Of a stretch of 64,000 nt of DNA, positions 50,349 to 64,000 are shown piece after piece (the first letter of the stretch is position 1; every line of letters starts with the position of its first letter). The notes under the pieces are model-generated. The model did not search any database. It was not told the DNA's origin and saw only the letters and a program-made list of their open reading frames with translations. The stretch comes from Octopus sinensis (taxonomy: Eukaryota), in contig NC_042999.1 in the NCBI RefSeq assembly GCF_006345805.1, positions 48,546,001-48,610,000 of the forward strand, read 5' to 3'. The position numbers and the translations under genes are program-made.

Positions 50349-53150
50349 CCATTAATTACTTGGTTGAAGAAATTCGGGTTCGCATCTTATTGCCAATGCA
50401 GCAAAACAGACGCATGAGAAAGGGCACATACGAAGATATTTTCGTCAAAGGTTCTAAATGACCACTGGCGGGTTCAATTGTATATAATGAGTATAAACTG
50501 ACTATAATGATCCTGAAGCGAACTTTGTCTTACGTGATTCTAAATTCAGATATTGAATTAAAAGTAGTACAGAGTATTATTGTTGCGTTCAATTCTAAAA
50601 AAAAATATTTGAAACATAATAGAAACGTAAGATTGGTTTTTACCTAAACAATTTATTTGAATGATGGCCTGTGACCATTTTCCACGAGTACTTAGCTTTA
50701 AAGGAAAAAAAGTGAATGGGCAAGCTCACTGTAGGATTGTATTTAAATGAACGTTGTTTTAACAGATCCAGACACTTTGGGGATGCTAAACCACTTGATA
50801 GATAATATTTACCTTCCCCAAAATTATTAATTGACGAAACATATTGAAAATTGTTGAATCGTACTAGGAGCGCTTAGCCGATATGTGTGCAAATATAAAC
50901 TTGTTACTAGTTTACGTGTTTGAAACATATGGCCCGTAAGGAAGCGATTCACTGTATTTTGTCATACAGAAAATGCCTCACTGTAAACAAACAAGTGTAA
51001 AAACAACAAATGAGTTCGAGGCGCCCTCTAATAAGATTGATAGATGAATGCATTTCTGAGTAGTTATCACCTACTCACCATGAAACTTTGGAAAGGGAAA
51101 CTCTAGAATATGACAATGAGAGAGTAGGTTTCTCTTGTTATAGTCAAATCAACATACTATTATTTTGAAATTCTGATAGCAAAAATCCTGAATGAAATTT
51201 TTTATCGGATATTTCCTACTAAATATATTTTGTGATGTTAAGTTCAATTTGATCTCATTACTCTCATTTCTGAATCGCTCTTCAGAATTCCTGTGAATAT
51301 TTTGAAAGCTTTAATGTAATTGGAATAAAATTCGCTCACCTAAATTTTAAACTGGCGTGGTTGGAAGAATTGTGAAATCGTATTAGATTTGTTAAAGCAT
51401 GTAATTTATCAGACCCTTATGAATGTTTATTTGACATTACGTAAAATTCATTCCTAACATAATATAATGCTTGATAGATCATATATTATGTGTATTTGCA
51501 TGTTAGTGCACAAGCATTCTGTGGTTTCACGTACAGATACTTTACATATTTTTTATATACGTAACGCATAAGAGTGTATATATTGGTTTTCCGTTGCTAC
51601 AAATCATAGGATCTATCAATGGAGATAAATATTGGAGTAAATATTTGTTCAGCATGTACGATGAGTAGTTAGGTAGTTGATGAATTACCTACACATTGGA
51701 TTCAAGTGAGGATAGCCGAAAATCTGGAGTCACGTGCAGCAGTACATGTAATCTTCACTTGGAGTCATAGTGATACTGTAAGAAATGGCAGGACCTTTAA
51801 ATTACAGGTGCAAACCATACGACTATTTCCCATGCATTTTCTATTTATCGAATTACTTTCATGAGTTTTAAGTGGTATTAAATCTATGCAGGACGATACT
51901 TACTTAATATGACACGCAGAAAATCAAACCATTATATGAACCATTGCAAATTTATCTAAACTCCGCACTTATAAAATATATAGTTATGGGGGAAGAAAAT
52001 TTGAAGCAAATGCAGGAAAGTGGAAGTGTGGTACTATAACCGATATTATTTAAAATCTAGTTGAAAGATATAAAGCATAAAGAAATGAAAAAATTAAACC
52101 TGAAGAATTTAAAGACATTCACACCATTGACTGAAAGACAAAACGATTTGACCACACGAATTAATTGTTTCTCTATTTTTCTTCTCTTTCAATTTTAGCC
52201 GTTTATGAAATATTCTTTTTACTGCGTCAATCAGTTATAACATTATTTCCTATTTCCAACTTCGAATGAATTTTGAGATTATGACAGACAGAAACAGTTA
52301 TAGAAATAAGGCAGATTCGAGAGCCAATCACTGCAACACACATAGAAACATCATTGAGTGTTACTTACGTGCATTAGTGTATATGTATATCTACCACAGT
52401 CTAAATTGCAAGCCAAAAAAGGAAAAGAAATAAATAATAGACTGAGATGTCTGCATCTTGTATGCTCCAAAACGTCTTAATGATTTCTATAAAAGTGCGG
52501 CCTGCAACCCCGTATATTCATGTTGTTTTCTATTTTACATGAAATTTTCACTTAACATATCAATTTGCATTTAAACATCACTAGAAAATATTCCTTAACG
52601 GAGCTATAATTGGCGAGTCCTTTCATTCCTTATTTACTATTTTTTCGTCTGTTATTCCTCTATTTATTTTGTTTCTATTTAAATTGCACAATAACGTCTG
52701 CTGTCCTTCATACTAACTACGGCCTGTTTATTTTTATTTTTTCGCAAAAAAATAGTCTATGAATATTTATTGTGCAACGAAAGTTTCCAAACCAATATAC
52801 ACGTTGGCATCATATTATATAGGTAAAAAAATAACAGGGATAAAAACATAAAATAATACCAAAATACGTCAAAAGAAACGAGATGTAGCAAAAGTAAAAA
52901 ACAAACATAAGGATACCAGAAAAAGTAACGCTAGAGGCCTTCCCGCTTTTGTTTTATTTTGCATAAGTTCATCAGAACGGTACACTCAAAATATTTCAGT
53001 GGCATGCATTTTTTCCCGACGAATCCTAGGAAGAAATAAGAGAGAAAGAAAATATATAGTTCGAAAGTAGAAAATAAGTATTTATTTAAAGACTTATTCA
53101 TTCTAGCAATTTTTTAATGCTTTCTTACTATAGTACATTATTTCCTATAC

Positions 53151-53206
<56 letters not shown>

Positions 53207-53403
53207 AGGAAATTAGTAGTGAATACAGAAAAATACACGCACACAGACAGTCGGACATACACTTACTCTTACATACATATAAGCATCCATGCATGTATGT
53301 TTGTGATCACTTGCTGTGTCACTTTTTTACTAACTCCCTCTCATGTATATATATATATAATATATATATATAATGCCTTCTGGCATGTATGTATAATGCC
53401 CTC

Positions 53404-53445
<42 letters not shown>

Positions 53446-53878
53446 ACTATATATGCGTATGTAGTGTGTGTAGGGGTGGCAGGGGGTGGAGATGTGTGTG
53501 CATGTATGTATTTGTGTAGATTATTTCTTTTTTATAAAAACCAAAATATTTTAATGCCAAGTTTTTTTCGGGAAAAATATCGTTCGATTACTCATACAAT
53601 ATACTCTTTTCCATAGATAAGAAAATAATTCTATGTAACAGAACATATACCAGACGTACACACACATTTGTACATGTGCACAGTTACCTCATGTATGTAT
53701 GTATGCATGTATGTATGAATGTATGTGTATGTATATATGTATGTATGGATGTATGTATCTGTGTATGAATGGTGTATGATATATATATATATGTGTGTGT
53801 GTATATATATATACATATATGTACATATATATATATACATATATGTACATATATATAATTATACATATATATATATGT

Positions 53879-53919
<41 letters not shown>

Positions 53920-54579
53920 TATATATACATGCACATATATGGATATTTATACACACGCGCGGACACACACACACATACACACACACACACACACACACAA
54001 AACGTATATGTGTGTGTGTGTGTGTGTTTGTCTGTGAATATGTATGTATGTCTATTAGTGTATATGTGCAAAGATGAGATTACGTGTGCATGTATACATA
54101 TATTATCTTTAAATCTTGGAAAGATCTTTTATGTATATTTTTATACTTACCAGTTATTAGTACGAAAACATCTTAAGACAGATAATACATAATATTGATC
54201 TAAATATTCTAAATACAAATAGAATCACGAAGAGAAATAGCGGAAATGTGTACATGAATAATAAGTAATACGATTATCGTTTCGATGATATCTTTTAAAG
54301 GACTATCATCATATTTTACAGATATGAACATTCGCTGTAGTTAAGTAGCATTAATCCGCAGGGATATTAAGTACTAATAACAAAATGAGGCTCTGTTTTG
54401 CATTGTATGCCACCACTTCTCAATAACCTCTCAACAACTCAAGGTTACGTAGATATGCTCTCACTCTCTCACGGTTTCTCTCTCGCCCTTATCTTTAAAA
54501 TTATCTATCTGTCTGCCTGTATGTCTATGTATCTATCTCTCTCTCTACCTATCTATATCTATCTTTATATATATATATA

Positions 54580-54842
<263 letters not shown>

Positions 54843-55751
54843 AATACAAAGGAAAAATATACTAAAACTCGGGGTGAATATTTTATGAGCGTTGAGTATG
54901 AATCTTACTTGGCTAATTAAATTGTCCAATACTAATCCATATAGGCCTTAAAATTACTTTCTGCTGCTGATTCAATGTATAAATCCGAAGTTTAAAGCCT
55001 GAAAAACTTTAGTGTTAGATCACAGGGTGTTGTAGAAAAACAAACACACAAAAAAATAGAATTATACATTATTTTTTCAGCTCGCCCACATTTCCGTTAT
55101 AGTGACAAATTCAAAATTCTGCGATGAAGTAATCATGGATATTAATCGATTCTATAAATGGTTGTCTAAGATTCTACAGTGATAGATAAATTTAGCACCA
55201 TGCTAGTGTTATGAAGGCTATTGGACACTGCTTAGGATGAAGAACTTGTGAAATGAGATAGTTGTATATCTAACAGGCAGTATAAGTGGTGGGGGATTAT
55301 TTCATCAGACCTAACTTTGAAGACCGTTTATCATTTCATGGCAAAATTCTAATATGATAGTTATTGTCAATAATCAGTAGAGTCAACTTAAAACATATAT
55401 TAGATCAAATTTCCACGCTTATCAGATCGATTACTGACCATTTGAACTACAAAGACGAAGTATTTAAAACCAGGCTGTACAGTAGATATTTATATAGAAC
55501 ACTATGGAAACTCCGTTTGAAAAGTATTCATTTTAAATGTAATTCATCGGGGGAAGCGGGGAGGTCGAGATAAGAAGTATTGTAAAGGAAACTATCCACC
55601 ATGTTATTCCATAGGGAAGATATACTTCAAAGCAAATATTTTCCTTAAAAATGTCTTACGACAGAAACTGAAACCTAGGTATAACCGTAAACTAGCAAGA
55701 GCATACGAGTTAAGAAATATAATTGAAAACTGAAATGTATTTCACAATAAC

Positions 55752-56182
55752 TCTTTTCTGCTCTCGGTACAAGGCCCGAATTTTGGTGGGGGAGGACCAG
55801 TCGATTACATCGGCCCCAGTATGCAACTGGTACTTAATTTATCAACCCCGAAAGGCTGAAAGGCAAATCGACCTCGGCGTAATATGAACTCAGTAGGTAG
55901 CGGCAGGCGAAATACCGCTAAGCATTTCGCCCGGCGTGCTAGCGTTTCTTATTCCTTTATTGCCCACAAGGGGCTAAACAGAGAGGGAACAAACAAGGAC
56001 AGACAAAGGATTTAATTCAATTACATCGAAACCAGTGCGTAACTGGTAGTTAATTTCTCGGCCCCGAAAGGATGAAAAGCATAGTCGACCTCGGCGGAAT
56101 CTGAACTCAGAACGTAACGGCAGACGAAATACCGCTAAGTATTTCGCTCGGAGTGCTAACCTTTCTGCTAGCTCACCGCCTT
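55752..56182 (-). mobile_element. SINE family A dimer (alternative junction)
   Basis: Two cores; the second unit retains more of the head (GAAACGCTAGCACGCCGGGCG). Confidence 0.9.
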
Positions 56183-56504
56183 TGTATTATGTATTCCGCA
56201 ATAATTAAGAAACTAGGGATGAAAAACTGGTGCATCAAATAGTACCCGGAGGAAACCGAGGATTTTGTGGCCTGCTGGTAATGAGAAAGGAAAATAAAAA
56301 GAGTTTGAAAACTTGGTATATTGAGCTCTTTACAAAATGACAGGCTTCAAAAGTAAAATATATTTATTACCTATTTCTAAATAGGAGACATATAGATAAA
56401 ATTAAAAAAACATTACAAAAGTAGTGGTACACAAACAGTAACCAAACCAACTATAAAAGGAGGAACATGTTGAGAGGAAAATAAGTTGGAATGAGATATG
56501 GAGG

Positions 56505-57530
56505 TGGACCACATCTCGTCTAAGATTTCTGATTCGTTCATCCTATGATATTTTGCCATCGCCTGCAAATCTAGTAAGATGGAACGCCTCAGAGAATGAT
56601 ATATGCAGATGCGGAAAGGTAGGAACACTGAAACATATTCTTTCCAACTGTTCACCATCATTGAACAGGTATACATGGAGACACAACCTGATCCTTAATG
56701 TTATCTTCAGTGCTATAAAGAACCAAATTGATCTCAAAAACAATGAAAAAAAACGTTGAAAGTACCAACTACAGATTGCATTACCCTCGTGCTCTCAGGA
56801 CAGCGGATCCGTTTCAAGAAGAACAACAAGAAACTTCCTTTGAGCGATGAAAATTGGAACGGCTATTGAGAGGTAACTGCAGATTTACCAATGTTCCAGG
56901 GACTCCTTCCCATAGCAATTATGAAAAAATAAACGGACATTTTAATGTAGTGTGAAGGAAAGAAAGTTGTAAATCTAGTTGAGATGACGGTTCCTCATGA
57001 AGATAACATGGACACTGCTCGGGGACGAAAGATTGACCGTTATGTAAACCTCCATGAGGAATGTAAAGATGCAGGCTGGGGAAGGGAGCATTTTCCAATC
57101 GAAGTCGGATGTAGAGAGTTTGTTGGACACAGTGTGAGACGACTGTTGTCATCGTTAGGCCTAACTCATCGTAAAGTAAATACCACCATGACCAATATCC
57201 AAACTACAGTGGAGAAGGATAGTCACTGGATTTGGTTAAAAACAGACGATGAGCAAAGGATAAAAGAATATTGAGATTGATTTAATAAACAATCGATCTA
57301 ACAAGCGGGGCCTCAAATCAGTGAGAGTGGCCGGTACGCATTGATGCCGTCGAGAAGTAGGCCCTGAAACGGCGTGAATTCTCTTCTGATGACCCCATGC
57401 ACTTGCAGGCTTCCGGTATGCGGAGTACTCGACTGGTAGCACTTGCATGTGCAAGTTGTTTGAAAAATACCCTTTATCTTTTACGTAAACAGCCAGATTT
57501 AGCACGAACAACGTGTAGTACATAATTTGA
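56505..57530 (+). mobile_element. HERO-like RLE LINE 3' end
   Basis: LPSPANLVRW..CRCG..TLKHILSNC..RYTWRHN..EMTVPHEDNM..RKIDRY..PIEVGCREFVG..EKDSHWIWLK. Confidence 0.85.
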
Positions 57531-58448
57531 ATCATCAATCTTTGTATTGCAGTTAGATGTTCGATGTTCTGAAATCTTTATAAAATGAATTTAGATGTCT
57601 GTTTTGCTTCAAATATTACAGTCCTGTTTATCGACAGCCCGCGTATACAGGTATCAATTAATGGATTAAACCTTACAACTCGATTCCAGTTTAACTTCTT
57701 CCATGAAATACTAAGGCTACATATATGTTCCTCTATCATTCCTAGGCAATCACCTTTGTCCTTAAGCTATTTACTGTTTATGTGTTTGATTGTACTCTTT
57801 AGATATCTTGTATATTTTTATTTAATATCAGTGTGGGTTTCCACATCTTAGCTTTTGCTTGTAAAGTAGCATATTCAACTACGCTTAAAGCCAAAATTTA
57901 CAACTTTAAACTTATGTTTTTATGTAGTTTACTTAAATATTAGCTATGATAATTAAATCAGTGACAACCAGCATGTCCAAAACAACCGATGAGGATAGAT
58001 TAAATAACATGACTGCTCTTCTTTCATTCATATGTCATGTCCCCACCGCAGGCTATATATTTCATAGCATTAGCTGTGCTGGTGACGGCTGCCACTTAAG
58101 GCAAAACGCAACCGTCTGTTTACTCCAGGTAATGCCGTGTCAGTCTTTAAAATTTATTAATATGGAAATCAATTCTTTTCATCGTGTGGAGTTGGTAACG
58201 ATTGCCACAAAACTTTCAGCCTACCCTCTCTAGAACAGGATAATCTAACAATCAAATTTATTTTGAATGTTATTTACTATAAAATTGTTGCTCAAATAAA
58301 TGCCATTGACCATATTGATTTATTTCTCGGAGCGCAAATTCGTTTAGACAAGCATAAATCTGCAACCAAATATAAGCAGAGGCATTATAAAATATATATT
58401 TATAAAGATATATATATATATATGAATCTCTCTCTCCCTCTCTCTCTG

Positions 58449-58514
<66 letters not shown>

Positions 58515-59829
58515 GCAAGCATACGCATGCGCATACATATGTATGAGATTGCGCTTAAGCGAATATATTTAGATATCTAGGCTGACCAAAAAGTAGGTAT
58601 ACACTTTAAAATTGTATTTATATTACCATGTTTAATTTCGTGTGTGCTCGATCTGACTTCCATCGACTATACAACATACACAAAACTGTGAAGGACGTTG
58701 TTATATTTATTTCATTTTATATTTTTTTTTATTTCATACTGTTAATCGTATTCGTTTAATTTATTTTTATTCTAATGCACTACTGGAAGATGGAAAATGC
58801 TGAGCACATGGAAAGCTTTTGACACGATCATACTGAAAAATTTATCTTGTAATAGATAAATTTGAAACATCAGGATTAGTGATTAATGCAGTGGACGATT
58901 CAGGGCGTCTCATATTCGGGTAAATTAGATAAGAGTCGCTATGCTTTGTAAGCGCTGTCCATAAGACATCCCAGCGAGTGCGTGTCAAATGCTAAACATA
59001 CCAGGAATTTTCTTATCCTGCATAATGCATAAATTTAAATTGAAGCCTAAAGCTCTACGAGAGTCATATGTTCTTCCGGAAAGCGAGTCAAATTGTAGGT
59101 TTCAATTCTGTGCAATATTGCGTGATGAACAACCTGATGATGGAGAGCTTGATGTGATAATTTAGACAAATCTAACCACGTTTAAGTTGTCGAGCCACGG
59201 GAGCAGGCATAATTGTTTGTATTGGGCAAAGCAAAATCATCATTTGACCTATCACCTATCTGCCGAGCCAGCCTGGAGCCACAGTGTGAAGTGCATTGTC
59301 CAGTGAAAGAGTTGGAGGGCTGGTTTTTGTTTCATAGAATTGTGGTCGGTAGAATTCACCGAAAAAACGTTGCGTGAGTTGGTCGTGTCACAACTCAGAA
59401 CCAGAGCTATCATTGCTGGAGTGTTCCTCTATCAAGATGACGTGCCTCCTCAGAATACTTTCCTTCAAAACGTGAAATGGGGGACGTGACAGGATCGAAA
59501 GACCACCGAGATCACCGAAATTAGCACCAACCCACCTCTTTTGCGAGCAAGGGGGAGTGAAAATATAGCTTATGAGAGAAACACATGGACAATAAATAAA
59601 TTAAAACAGTTCATCAGCATTTATTGATAGAAAGGTAGGTCAGACTTTGTGTTGTACTGTGTATCGCAGCGTCACAGTGATCAGGACAGATTCAGGAATG
59701 TTGCACAGCCCATTTGTGTATGTGTGTGTGCTTATACGCGTACGCGATTGCATATGTATGTGCATATATATATGTATATATATATTTTATTTACATATTT
59801 ATATTAACACACACGCACATACACACACG

Positions 59830-60425
59830 TCTGTATACTGCTGCCCACTGTGGTCTCCTCACACAAGACAAAACATCTCCAGAATTGAGTCACCCCAGAG
59901 GGCTCTCACTAAACAAATTGAAGGTATGGCTGCTCTCGATTATTGGGATCGCCTTAAAGCCTTGAAACTTTACTTCCTCCAGCGTCGCCGTGAGCGGTAC
60001 ATCATTTGTACGATGTGGAAAATATACCGCCAACTTTGCCCAAACGACCTAAATATTAGCTTCAAGGTTCATCCAAGACTTGGGCCACGGGCTATACGTC
60101 CCCTGCCAAATTCAAGATCACAACATACATGTACACTGCAACATAATTTCTTTTCCTCAACAGGCCCTGCCCTATTTAACATTGTCCCGAGGGAGATCAA
60201 AGAGGAAAAGGATCCCATCAACTTTAAACAGAGTCTGGATAGATTCCTTCAAAGAATACCAGATAAGCCACCCATAATTGGATACAACTCCCCCAACAAG
60301 AACTCACTACTTGAACAAAACTTGACTTAAACAGGATTCGAATAATCCTATCAGGTGGTGCTATTAAGTTAGACATGGCCTGGACCAATCTCTGGTCGAA
60401 ACATATCTAAGTTTCATCTAAGTTT
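59830..60425 (+). mobile_element. CR1-clade LINE 3' end
   Basis: YCCPLWSPH..IESPQRALTK..LDYWDRLKALKLYFLQRRRERY..PALFNIVP..FKQSLDRFLQRIPDKP; 3' stem-loop and ATCTAAGTTT tandem tail. Confidence 0.92.
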
Positions 60426-60557
60426 TATATATATATATCATACCTATGCATTTGAATGTTAACTTTACAAGTGTTTGAATTGTTCATTTGTTACTGATTT
60501 TCATATTTTCAGTGTGTCTAACGTTTTAACACATCTTTATATATTTTTCTTGTGAAT

Positions 60558-60714
60558 ACTTTATGCGTACTGATATCCTCTGCCTTCATTTTGAATCTTC
60601 ATAGTCCTCTTTCCTTATGTTTTATTTTTCATTCGTTTTGTTTTGTTTTATTTGTTTATATGCATTTTTCAATCGGTATTCCTGTGCTATATAATTTTCC
60701 TTTGTTCAAAATGT
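60558..60714. repeat. 157-bp segment duplicated at 62542-62699
   Basis: Direct repeat, diverged (ACTTTATGCGT..GTCCTCTTTC..CCTGTGCTATATAATT..TGTTCAAAATGT). Confidence 0.85.
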
Positions 60715-61345
60715 TACCGTAAATTAACCTAACTTGGCTGTCGCGTTTTATTGCATAACTGAATGTCTACTTCGTTCTCTATATCTTCTAGCATACCCTC
60801 GACACCAAAGTTGATTATTTTTTGCCCACCTCGAGACACTATTAAGCTTCATTGTCTTTTCTACTTCTCCTCCCCACTGCCTAGCTTTTTATCCTTCGTT
60901 AACTGACTTCAGTAAACATGTTCCGATTTCCATTCATTGGCTATTTGCGTACAAGTGATTCATCTCCATCGTCAGTTAATTAGATTGATTTTTATTTTTC
61001 AATTTTCTATGTGTACTGTGGTTAAAATCATGAATCATTTGCTCGTCACCTGGTGATGGTGCAAATAACTCAAACGTAAACGGAGCTGAGGCGTAACGAA
61101 ACGACTTTTATACGTTATAAACTTTTCTTCGCATATGCTGTAATTTTAGTTGCTAATCAGTGAGGTATATACTCACTACCAGCGTATGGAAATTTAATAT
61201 GATTTGAATATGGGATCAAGTGTATAATATGCAATTATTATTAACTTTTCTTTATCGTATATTCGATAGATTTTGTCATCAATACTAGCTGTATACAGAC
61301 TTGAAGCTGACTAACTACCTATTCCAGAATTTTTCTGATCTTACC

Positions 61346-61383
<38 letters not shown>

Positions 61384-61384
61384 T

Positions 61385-61415
<31 letters not shown>

Positions 61416-61428
61416 GTATGTATATATA

Positions 61429-61469
<41 letters not shown>

Positions 61470-61509
61470 ACACACACACAAACACACATACATACATACA
61501 TATATATAC

Positions 61510-61556
<47 letters not shown>

Positions 61557-61558
<2 letters not shown>

Positions 61559-61770
61559 ATCAAAACATGAAAACACAGAGAGAAAACACAACAACGCGAG
61601 GACGTGGAACTTGTATAGTGTTATTGGACGCTCAGGAAAGGAAAGAAAGACGGAGGATTTAATGTTTCGAGCGGGGCTCTTCTTCAAAAACAGAAAAAGG
61701 AAAGGTCCAAGGAAGGGAAGACGGAGGAACAAAATCGCCAACGATACACATGGAGTCACATATATATACA
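61557..61770 (-). repeat. Short (TA)n-embedded repeat with degenerate antisense hammerhead
   Basis: Minus strand UUU-UUGAAGA-A-GAGC-CCC-GCUC-GAAAC-AUU-AAA at 61690-61658. Confidence 0.6.
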
Positions 61771-61774
61771 TATA

Positions 61775-63413
61775 CAGATCTCACAGAAATATGTACACCC
61801 CTAAACAATTTCAGTAAAATTGCCGTTACACTAATAATATTGAAGGAAATCGGACGAAATTTATACTGAATAAAATATATTATACATGCAAATATTATTC
61901 AAATTTGGAACGCAGACAATAAACATTGTCAAAGATATGAACGAAATATTAATTTTCAGACGTTTCAAAAATACGTACACCCTAATCGAAATTTGTTATA
62001 TTCAATATTTTATTCATTTTTTTTTTTTTACTAAATTAAGATATTGCTGATAATTTCAGTTCTACTAAATTATTTCTCCTGGAATTTTTAAACCGGTCAT
62101 TATTGCATCTGCTGGAATTCTGAATTGTTTAACGTGGTGAAAATCTCCTTCATTGTGATTAAAATGGCACCAAAAGGAAACTAATTGTCTGAAGACGTGA
62201 AGAAAATTATTTTTAATTTGCACAAGAGTGGTTTAGAATACAATTTCATTAGTAAACGAATACATATTAGAAGTACAAATCTATTGGACGGCAAGCAATA
62301 AACATAATCCAGGTCGTTCTTCCATTTTAACTCTGCTTGATATTCGCCACATCCTACGTTGCGTGATGGACGACAGGCATCGTATCCCTTTATCTTTGTC
62401 CCAAGAAGTGTCTTCTTTTAGTGGAAGTAATCTGCCCAAACAGCTCACCAAATTTTCAACTAATGTGGTCTTCATGGGTGCATTCCACGTAGGAAGTCTC
62501 TCCTCACTACCAGGCATAAATAAAGTCGTCTTTCTTTTGAAACTTTATGCGTGATTATATCTTCTGTCTTCATTTTGAGTCTTCATAGTCCTCTTTCATT
62601 ATGTTTTTTTTTCATTCATTTTATTTTCTCTTTTATCTGTTTATATGCATTTTTCACTCGGTAGTCCTGTGCTATATAATTCTCCTTTGTTCAAAATGTA
62701 AGTGGAAGGAGTTTCGGAATTTTTTTTTTTTTTTCTGACTTGAAGAAAATCAACTTGTTTCGGCCAGATATTATTAAACGAGTGTGGCGACGACCAGGTG
62801 AAGATGATAACGACAAATGCACCGTGCCTGCATTGAAACACGGCGGCGGAACTGTTATACTTTTGGGGGTGCATGAGTGCTGCTGGTGTGGGGAGGACTC
62901 ACATTAATTGAGGGAACAAGAGATTCAAGGCTTTATTGTGACATATTGAGCAAAACAATGCATTTATGTAAAATGTTAAAGGTGCTGTCTTGGCCTGCTA
63001 TGTCACCTGATTTAAACCCAACAGAACGTATGTGGTGTGTTTTGAAAACGAGGGTTGAGGAGAAGAAAAACCCGCAGCGTAACACAGTTGAATGACATCA
63101 TTCAGGATAAATGGAGGTAGATTTCATCGGTATAAGCAGAAACGTACTCGAGTCTATGTTCTTAATGCATTATTGCAGTCATTGATAGCAAATAAAGCTT
63201 TAGGGTGTATATATATGTGTGTATCGTTGGAAAATTAATACTGCTTTCATATCTTTGAAAACGTCTATTGTTTTGTGTTCCAAATTTGTATAATGTGTGC
63301 ATGTAGAATATATTTTATTCAGTATAACTTTCGTCTGATGTCCTTCGAATTATCAGAGTAATGGCAATTTCACTGAAAATGTTGGGGCGTGTACATACTC
63401 CTGTAAGATACTG
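61775..63413 (+). mobile_element. Tc1-type transposon (IR/DR layout), pseudogenised
   Basis: TA-flanked TIRs CAGATCTCACAGAAATATGTACACCCCT / GGGCGTGTACATACTCCTGTAAGATACTG; inner direct repeats at 61973 and 63200; MAPKG.., KINLF, KHGGG, WPAMSPDLNPTE. Confidence 0.9.
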
Positions 63414-64000
63414 TATGTATGTATGTATCTATCTATCTATATATATAAATATATATACATACATATATACATATATATATATGTATATATATGTACATAT
63501 TATACATATATACATATATATATGTATGTTTATACATAGAGAGAGACAGAGAAACAGAGACAAACAGAGAGAGTAATAAAAGTAAGAATTATTCTGAAGT
63601 AGCAATAGCATTATCTTATATATACATATATATATCTGTGTGTGTGTGAATGTGTGCGTGCGTAGAGGTGTAGAGAGAGGGGGAGGGAGGGATATTCAAT
63701 GAGATACATACATGCATACAACAATGCATTTAGAGATAGATATAATATCATATATACGCTTTTGAAGCATGAGTTTTATTAATATGTGTCTGAGCGAAAT
63801 ATTAGATAAATGCTGCTCTTTATCTTCTTTTCCTAATATAGGAAACACCGTATTTACAATATTGTCGCAATTTCATTATTATATAACTACATATACTTTA
63901 TTGACACATGGCGAACAATTTAAAATATCCGTATAACATTGTATAAATAAAAAAAAAAAAACAGCAATACCACAGTTCCAAAAATTAATAAATGTGAGCA

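Noticed and set aside
59338-59480. 36-nt micro-exon candidate (TTTCATAG..GC|GTGAGT)
   Set aside because: The frame runs through the donor into GVFLYQDDVPPQ, which looks more like a decayed mariner QDNA-P-H region; neither reading is supportable.
60378-60405. CTG-GACCA..TGGTC-GAAAC in the CR1 3' UTR as a hammerhead
   Set aside because: It lacks the ANGA of the core and stem I; better explained as the LINE 3' stem-loop.
61068-61105. CTGGTGA..CAAACGTA as another hammerhead
   Set aside because: Two core mismatches and no stem I or II pairing.

Overview
AT-rich, microsatellite-saturated eukaryotic DNA. The SINE/LINE repertoire suggests an octopus or other coleoid genome (inference from recognised repeat types, not a database result). 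I could not identify any intact host protein-coding gene; most ORF-track entries are microsatellite artefacts or pieces of decayed transposons. The window holds four Tc1/mariner elements and a maT-like relic, Penelope-like (PLE) fragments, Dong/R4 LINE 3' ends stacked in (TAA)n arrays, RTE, CR1 and HERO LINE 3' ends, a spliced hAT-type transposase relic, two non-autonomous Helitrons, several tRNA-derived SINE families and a tRNA-Gly(TCC) pseudogene. The most striking signal is about ten hammerhead ribozyme (HHR) motifs from several different repeat families, all folded by hand. One is a fully canonical type I HHR in a PLE tail (45766-45851, minus) with a mirror copy in an inverted 230-bp arm. 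Three others sit in a tRNA-promoter + (AAT)n + HHR unit built as a head-to-head palindromic dimer (38628-39540; a third arm at 17444-17775). That unit is the best candidate for an under-described Pol III/ribozyme retroelement system. Catalytic activity and novelty are untested.
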